This document shows, in pieces, positions 59,132-64,000 of a stretch of DNA of 64,000 nt. Positions within the stretch are counted from its first letter, which is position 1, and every line of letters begins with the position of its first letter. The position numbers and the translations under genes are program-made. The notes beneath the pieces are model-generated. The model ran no database searches and was not told the DNA's origin. It saw only the letters and a list, made by a program, of their open reading frames with translations. Source of the DNA: a virus. Lineage: Duplodnaviria; Caudoviricetes. The stretch is from the IMG/VR virus record IMGVR_UViG_2671180615_000003, positions 18,105-82,104 of that record. One strand, 5' to 3'.

Positions 59132-59692
59132 CTATAATTGTAACTCTTTGTAAGTATCTTTCCGATATTCACGTATAGTATCTTCTGCCTCCGCAATAGC
59201 AGATTCAATTGCAAGCTGCATTAACTTCTCATACGGTTTCCATGTCATTCTATAAACATCTGCTGACATCTTATAAGCCGTAATCCCTGCATAATAAAGT
59301 CTCCCCTGAGCAGTAAAGTTTTTTTCAAGATCAGGGTTTAGAGAAAAATCAATAACCATACGAGCAATAAGCCATGCCAAATGGTGAATAGCAATATATT
59401 CAGGTTCTCTTTTTTTATCATTTTCAGCTTCTTTTAACATAATTAAAGCTAAATGATTTCTTATAAACTTATAGTCCTCTTCTGATTTTCCATTATAAAT
59501 AATTAATGAAGACACTGATTTAGCTAATTGAGTCTCCATTTTTGCAATTGCTCCTAATCTATCTTGATAATTAATAGCGTCTTTATTAGGAGTATGTCCA
59601 ACTCTTGAAAAGTCCAATGATTGTGCTGTTAAGCCTCGGGATAACCACTGAAACTGAGTAAACTGATTCATAATACTAATATCAATATTCAT
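59132..59692 (-). CDS. Late gene regulator (Q-like antiterminator)
   Basis: Last early gene, followed by promoter-terminator; YRMTWKPY C-terminal motif. Confidence 0.65.
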   Translation of the reverse strand: MNIDISIMNQFTQFQWLSRGLTAQSLDFSRVGHTPNKDAINYQDRLGAIAKMETQLAKSVSSLIIYNGKSEEDYKFIRNHLALIMLKEAENDKKREPEYIAIHHLAWLIARMVIDFSLNPDLEKNFTAQGRLYYAGITAYKMSADVYRMTWKPYEKLMQLAIESAIAEAEDTIREYRKDTYKELQL

Positions 59693-59897
59693 TCATTAAC
59701 CCTCTCAAAATATACGCAATCACAATCATTACTAACATCGAAAAAATAAAACCCAATCCAAAGGCAAAACCTCTTCGCATCCATTCAACCACTGCCCCAT
59801 GGTTATATTCACCGACCAACCATTGCATCAAAAACTTAACAGCAAAATAGAAGGCAAATGAGGCAACTATTACTAAAATAATTTGATCAGTTTTCAT
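59682..59897 (-). CDS. Two-TM small membrane protein
   Basis: Hydrophobic, coupled. Confidence 0.65.
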   Translation of the reverse strand: MKTDQIILVIVASFAFYFAVKFLMQWLVGEYNHGAVVEWMRRGFAFGLGFIFSMLVMIVIAYILRGLMNEY

Positions 59898-60124
59898 TAT
59901 ATTAAGCCCTCAGTACATTTAATTATTAATAAGCGCCCATAAAGTTCTATACCTAATAAGCATTTAAAGTTCTTTTTCTGTAATTTCAGTTCATAAGCAA
60001 AATTTTTATTACTCTTGATAGGTAACTCTACATTCGTCAAATCTTTAAAATTACTTAGAATCTTTTTGTGATTAATTCTAACATCCAGAGTTTGACAATA
60101 ATGCTGTTCAACAAGATGATTCAT
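59897..60124 (-). CDS. Hypothetical protein
   Basis: Coupled ORF. Confidence 0.5.
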   Translation of the reverse strand: MNHLVEQHYCQTLDVRINHKKILSNFKDLTNVELPIKSNKNFAYELKLQKKNFKCLLGIELYGRLLIIKCTEGLI

Positions 60125-60599
60125 TATTCACCCCTAAATTTTCAAGTGACTGTCTTAAAACATTCCAATCAAGTAATGAAGCTTCTGATCGCCCATGATA
60201 AACCCGATAAAGCTGATGAGCTGTTAATGCATAACCAGAATTAGCTGCTAAGAAATCCCAAGATTGTCCGAACTTATTAACAAATATTTTTAATAAAGCT
60301 TGTTGGTCATTTAAATATGCTGTCGTTTCTTTAATTGATGAATGAATCAATAAGTTTTTTGATGTAACACCCGAGTCCATATAACTTTTGCCGTTATACT
60401 CATCTTTAATAGACTTCTCCATCCCCTGTTTCATATAGCCTTGATTCTCATTCTTGTTTTTAATCAAGTTAATTTGATTACCTTGAGCCACCCATTCTGC
60501 TAATTGGATAGCGAGCTCATTACGCTGTTTAGACTTAAGAAAAACATTTGAATAACTCATTGAATAATCATGTTTAGTAAGTTCCAATTTAGCATTCAT
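60108..60599 (-). CDS. Hypothetical protein (start MNAKLE)
   Basis: AGGAG RBS, ATGA overlap with loader gene. Confidence 0.65.
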   Translation of the reverse strand: MNAKLELTKHDYSMSYSNVFLKSKQRNELAIQLAEWVAQGNQINLIKNKNENQGYMKQGMEKSIKDEYNGKSYMDSGVTSKNLLIHSSIKETTAYLNDQQALLKIFVNKFGQSWDFLAANSGYALTAHQLYRVYHGRSEASLLDWNVLRQSLENLGVNNESSC

Positions 60600-61372
60600 A
60601 GTTTTGCTCCTAAACGAGTATCTGCCCATACACATTCAATTTGAGTTAATCCCCCATGTTGAAACCGAGACCAAAGGCGATCACCTAAATCAGAAATCAA
60701 GCCATGAATAATTGTGCCTATCCGATCCTTAGTATCATTAAGCGCAAAATTTGAAATAAGCATTGTTGCTTTATCTGCGTCATAACGTGCATATAAAACC
60801 TTATGAACCACTTCTTTACGTTTTTCGCGATCATGCAAGCCATACTCATCAATAATGAGTAAGTCATATTCTGTATAACGATAAATAGTATTTTTTTCAC
60901 TATCACCCTGACGATACCAAGCTCCCATGATGTCATTTGCTAACTCTTCACTGGTGATATAACGAGCTGTTTTTCCATTTTTAAGTAATGTTCTAGCCGT
61001 AGCACATGCAAGATGTGTTTTACCGGTCCCAGTTTTTCCCACCATAACCAGATTCGTTACCTGTCCTTTCATAATTCGTTCGGCGTAAGCTGCACAACTA
61101 TTAAAAGCAATAATTTGTCCTGGTAATTCACAGCGATAATTATGAAAACCTGAGTTTTTATGACGTATAGGCAACATTCCACCAGCTAAATGATTTTCAT
61201 AAACCATTTTTCTAACGGTTTTACTATGCTTGAGATTAGACTCAGTTACTTTATTAACAGCACATGTTGGACAGATTTCTAAACCAGCAATCTTGACCTT
61301 TTTCTCCAAATGAATAGAGCAAATATTTAACCCTGGTTCAAAAGAGTGATTAATTTTTGTCATTACATTCAT
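60596..61372 (-). CDS. DnaC/IstB-like helicase loader ATPase
   Basis: C..H/CPTC zinc site, GKTGTGKT, LLIIDE, LISN. Confidence 0.92.
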   Translation of the reverse strand: MNVMTKINHSFEPGLNICSIHLEKKVKIAGLEICPTCAVNKVTESNLKHSKTVRKMVYENHLAGGMLPIRHKNSGFHNYRCELPGQIIAFNSCAAYAERIMKGQVTNLVMVGKTGTGKTHLACATARTLLKNGKTARYITSEELANDIMGAWYRQGDSEKNTIYRYTEYDLLIIDEYGLHDREKRKEVVHKVLYARYDADKATMLISNFALNDTKDRIGTIIHGLISDLGDRLWSRFQHGGLTQIECVWADTRLGAKL

Positions 61373-62262
61373 ACAAATTTCCCTCCCAACTCCAATGGCT
61401 TAATACTTTCGTCATATTCTGGCTGTTGGTATTCAAAAGCTTGATTTACATTTCCATGTATTCTTGAATTTAAATAAATTGACTTCGTTGATTTAGTTTT
61501 TGAAGCTTTTAACTTTTCAAACTTTTCAAATATCCATTGAGCAAACTTGCTGTGTCTTTGACTATCAGTTAGATATCGCGAAGTTTCATGGTGAGCATTG
61601 AAATTGCTCAAATGAAATTCAAAGTCATCCATATATAAGATTTCTTGCACTTGCTGAGAGTATTTAGTCTTTTTCAAATAAGTAGCGAGATGATTTAAAT
61701 CTGGTCTCCAATCTTCTGATTTCATGACGTTCGTTAAAATTACTTGAGAGAGAGTTTTTTCCTGTTCCTGTTCTTGCTTCTGTTCTTGGCTTAAAAGAAC
61801 CTTGTTAGGGGCTTCTTTCTCTACATAGTGGTTATTCTTTCCTTCACGTCGATGCGTCATACAAAAAGCTTCAAAGTATTTATTATAAAAATCTTCTAAA
61901 AATGGATTTGACGGTAATGAGTCATAATCCTTTTGAATACCTTTACAACGGTTATCACTCTCCTTCAAAGATTCAGCAACCTGAAAACGAGCCATTTCAT
62001 GTACCCAGATCATTTCTGAAACATTGTCATAACTACAGAAACCTACTTTACATGCCCATTCAAGCCCCTTCTCTGCTCCTTCTAGCCCCAAACCAGTTTC
62101 ATGAGCTATATATAAAAGAGGCATATAATAAAGACCAAGCATATTTGCATGTGGACTGGTTATTAAATACATAGCCACGATAATGGACTCGGGACACTCT
62201 CGTAATTGTTTACCAGTTATACCTGTCCAGAAGTGTGGAGAAACCTTCCCATAATCACGCAT
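61369..62262 (-). CDS. Phage replication initiator
   Basis: MRDYGKVSPHFW, YLITSPHANMLG, QEQKQEQEQE linker; upstream of DnaC-like. Confidence 0.85.
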   Translation of the reverse strand: MRDYGKVSPHFWTGITGKQLRECPESIIVAMYLITSPHANMLGLYYMPLLYIAHETGLGLEGAEKGLEWACKVGFCSYDNVSEMIWVHEMARFQVAESLKESDNRCKGIQKDYDSLPSNPFLEDFYNKYFEAFCMTHRREGKNNHYVEKEAPNKVLLSQEQKQEQEQEKTLSQVILTNVMKSEDWRPDLNHLATYLKKTKYSQQVQEILYMDDFEFHLSNFNAHHETSRYLTDSQRHSKFAQWIFEKFEKLKASKTKSTKSIYLNSRIHGNVNQAFEYQQPEYDESIKPLELGGKFV

Positions 62263-62389
62263 TGGAATTTAACTCCTTTAAAAGAGTTTTAAAGGAATTT
62301 AAATGGTAAAAGATTTTATTTTCCTTACCCTTACAATTAATCGATTTGTTTTCGCCACAACATTGTGATAAATTTATTTTCAAATTCAT
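62255..62389 (-). CDS. 44-aa ORF, probable remnant of pre-initiator gene
   Basis: AGGA RBS; MNLKINLSQ... positional counterpart of 26401-26730. Confidence 0.35.
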   Translation of the reverse strand: MNLKINLSQCCGENKSINCKGKENKIFYHLNSFKTLLKELNSNA

Positions 62390-62449
62390 TGTGATTTCCT
62401 AATTAAATGAATTAACTAAAAAGTCTGATTTGCCGATCAGGCTTTTTGC

Positions 62450-62580
62450 TTTATAAATCAAGCATCCAAATTTTCTTTTCACATTTTTGATAAAACTTAT
62501 TTAAAAAATCTCTCCTTAAAACTAATCTCAACCATTTATAAATCCTTAAAAAAATTAGTCTCTACCTACATCTTTACTGT
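62450..62580 (-). pseudogene. Eroded cII slot
   Basis: No cII-size ORF after cro, but the post-cII hairpin AAAAGCCTGATC..AATCAG is kept (62418-62447, cf. 26765-26792). Confidence 0.4.
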
Positions 62581-62585
62581 GAAGA

Positions 62586-62828
62586 TTAACTCGCAACTTT
62601 CTTCTCAAACTCTTTTAGTGTTGGGCAAAGTTGATATGCTTTAAATCTCTCATTAGTTACATACTCAGCCCGCAAAGCAATTTTTTCAGACATTTGACTT
62701 TTACCCGTTAACCAAGCATTAACCGAAGGCTGCTTAATTGAAAGAGCTTGTGCCGTTTTTGTTTGACTCCCGAAAAAGCTCACCAGTTGGATGTAGATTG
62801 AAATGTTATCTATACTCATAACTATCAA
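62586..62828 (-). CDS. Cro-like repressor
   Basis: FGSQTKTAQALSIKQPSVNAW HTH; L.P C-terminus. Confidence 0.88.
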   Translation of the reverse strand: MIVMSIDNISIYIQLVSFFGSQTKTAQALSIKQPSVNAWLTGKSQMSEKIALRAEYVTNERFKAYQLCPTLKEFEKKVAS

Positions 62829-62846
62829 ACCCCTATCTTAATAGTT

Positions 62847-62911
62847 AATTTATAGTTTTAACTATCAAATGTCAATAGTTAAGGTTATTTGATTTTAATA
62901 GTTTTAACTAT
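62847..62911. promoter_or_regulatory. OR operators (ATAGTT-N2-AACTAT) and pR
   Basis: Perfect sites 62852 and 62898, imperfect 62875; TTGACA at 62870-62875 (minus) with TAAATT 17 bp on. Confidence 0.8.
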
Positions 62912-62944
62912 AAAATTAGGTGCAACGATTTTAAGGTTAATATC

Positions 62945-63616
62945 ATGTCTGATTTAGCAACTCGTCTAAAAGCGGCTCGCTTAAAAGCAGGAAAGAGTCA
63001 ATATGAAGTCGCTGAAGCGGTTGGTATTAAACAACCGACATATCAAGCGCTGGAAACAGGAAAAAGTTTAAAGTCAGCATTTCTTCCTTTAATTGCAAAA
63101 TATCTAGGAGTAGATGCTTATTGGTTAACAACTGGTGAAGCTGAGGATTCTTTTAGTGAAGATGATTTGGTAAAACCAGTGGTAATAGATAAAGAAAATA
63201 ATCAATATGTATGGATAGAAGTAGCTGAGGCTAATTTTTCATGTGGCACAGGTGAATCAATTGAATTTCATTTTGATGCGATTAATGGAAAAATTCCTTT
63301 TCCATCTTCTTTTTTCAAGGAAAAACATGTAGCTCAAGATTGTATGCGCATTATCAAAGCTAAAGGCGATAGCATGATGGACTATATAAAAGATGGCGAT
63401 CTTGTAGGTATAGATATATCTCAAACACAAATTATCGATGGTGAAATATATGCTGTATATTTTGCTGGTGAAGGTATGCTAAAACAGATATTCAAAGAAG
63501 AAGATGGGTCTTTAATTCTCCACAGTCTTAACGAAAAATTTAGAGATCGGCGCGTAACAGAAGAAAATGGTAAAAACTTTAGAGTTATGGGTCGACAGTT
63601 CTGGAGAGCTGGATAA
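62945..63616 (+). CDS. cI: CI repressor with S24 autopeptidase
   Basis: HTH; SCG cleavage site; GDSM and LKQ catalytic motifs. Confidence 0.93.
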   Translation: MSDLATRLKAARLKAGKSQYEVAEAVGIKQPTYQALETGKSLKSAFLPLIAKYLGVDAYWLTTGEAEDSFSEDDLVKPVVIDKENNQYVWIEVAEANFSCGTGESIEFHFDAINGKIPFPSSFFKEKHVAQDCMRIIKAKGDSMMDYIKDGDLVGIDISQTQIIDGEIYAVYFAGEGMLKQIFKEEDGSLILHSLNEKFRDRRVTEENGKNFRVMGRQFWRAG

Positions 63617-63641
63617 CCCCTCCATACACATGAAGTTTTGT

Positions 63642-63670
63642 AAAAAAGCCACAATTAATGTGGCTTTTTT
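63642..63670 (+). terminator. Terminator after cI
   Basis: AAAAAAGCCACA-ATTAA-TGTGGCTTTTTT. Confidence 0.8.
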
Positions 63671-63688
63671 ATTAGCAGCAAGAAAGTA

Positions 63689-63751
63689 AAAGTTAAAATT
63701 ATTATTTTAATAGTTAAAACTATTGACTCAATTAATAGATAAAACTATATT
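63689..63751 (+). promoter_or_regulatory. OL operators and pL
   Basis: ATAGTTAAAACTAT 63710, ATAGATAAAACTAT 63735; TTGACT-17-TATATT at 63723-63751. Confidence 0.8.
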
Positions 63752-63814
63752 CAACTATATAATCTTTGAATCGTATTCAGAACAAGTCCAACTGCAACTT
63801 AATAAGAGGTAATT

Positions 63815-64000
63815 ATGAAAGAAGATATAACACACAACTTGAACTCCCCTCACAAGTCTAGCCATAAACACAATTTATGGTTCTTAAATTTTAAAACTAA
63901 TATTTTGATTACAATAAAAATGTTAGGCTTCTTATCAATAGGATTAATCATTTGGTTTATCGCAGCTGTGATTACAGTGAAATTTATTACTACCACCTAA
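63815..64000 (+). CDS. Small membrane protein, first pL gene
   Basis: GAGGT RBS, one TM segment. Confidence 0.6.
   Translation: MKEDITHNLNSPHKSSHKHNLWFLNFKTNILITIKMLGFLSIGLIIWFIAAVITVKFITTT

Larger units (their letters stand above)
33534..64000. mobile_element. Head-less lambdoid element, candidate F-type tailocin locus; right end outside window
   Basis: Immunity, replication, Q, tail and lysis genes present; no terminase, portal, protease or capsid between Q and tube. Confidence 0.8.

Noticed and set aside
33534-63760. Gene transfer agent or contractile R-type/eCIS system
   Set aside because: No capsid, portal or terminase for a GTA; no sheath or baseplate wedge genes for a contractile system

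Overview
AT-rich gammaproteobacterial DNA, most consistent with Acinetobacter (judged from the protein families, not proven). The window holds two adjacent lambdoid elements separated by a tRNA 3'-end att core at 33428-33443. (1) 1-33443 is the right part of an apparently intact siphovirus-type prophage: integrase/xis, Sak4-like recombination, cI/cro/cII, O-like initiator with iterons, C5 methylase with an overprinted beta-subunit-like ORF, Q, terminase, portal, capsid, neck, tail tube and frameshifting chaperones. It carries many morons, including an ABC-ATPase/TOPRIM + Dam-family methylase pair and an Acb2/Tad1-like peptide. (2) 33534-64000 is a head-less lambda-like element: cI/cro, replication genes, Q-like gene, only small remnants where the packaging/head genes should be, then an open tail module (tube, G/GT with conserved GGGAAAG frameshift, tape measure, M, L, K, I), a 4182-aa modular central fibre, and holins plus endolysin. 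A second copy of its late promoter sits inside the tail operon. The best candidate for an undescribed system is this element as an F-type (flexible) tailocin with a giant multi-domain fibre; the ATPase-TOPRIM/methylase pair is second. All family assignments come from motif recognition and synteny, not from database searches.
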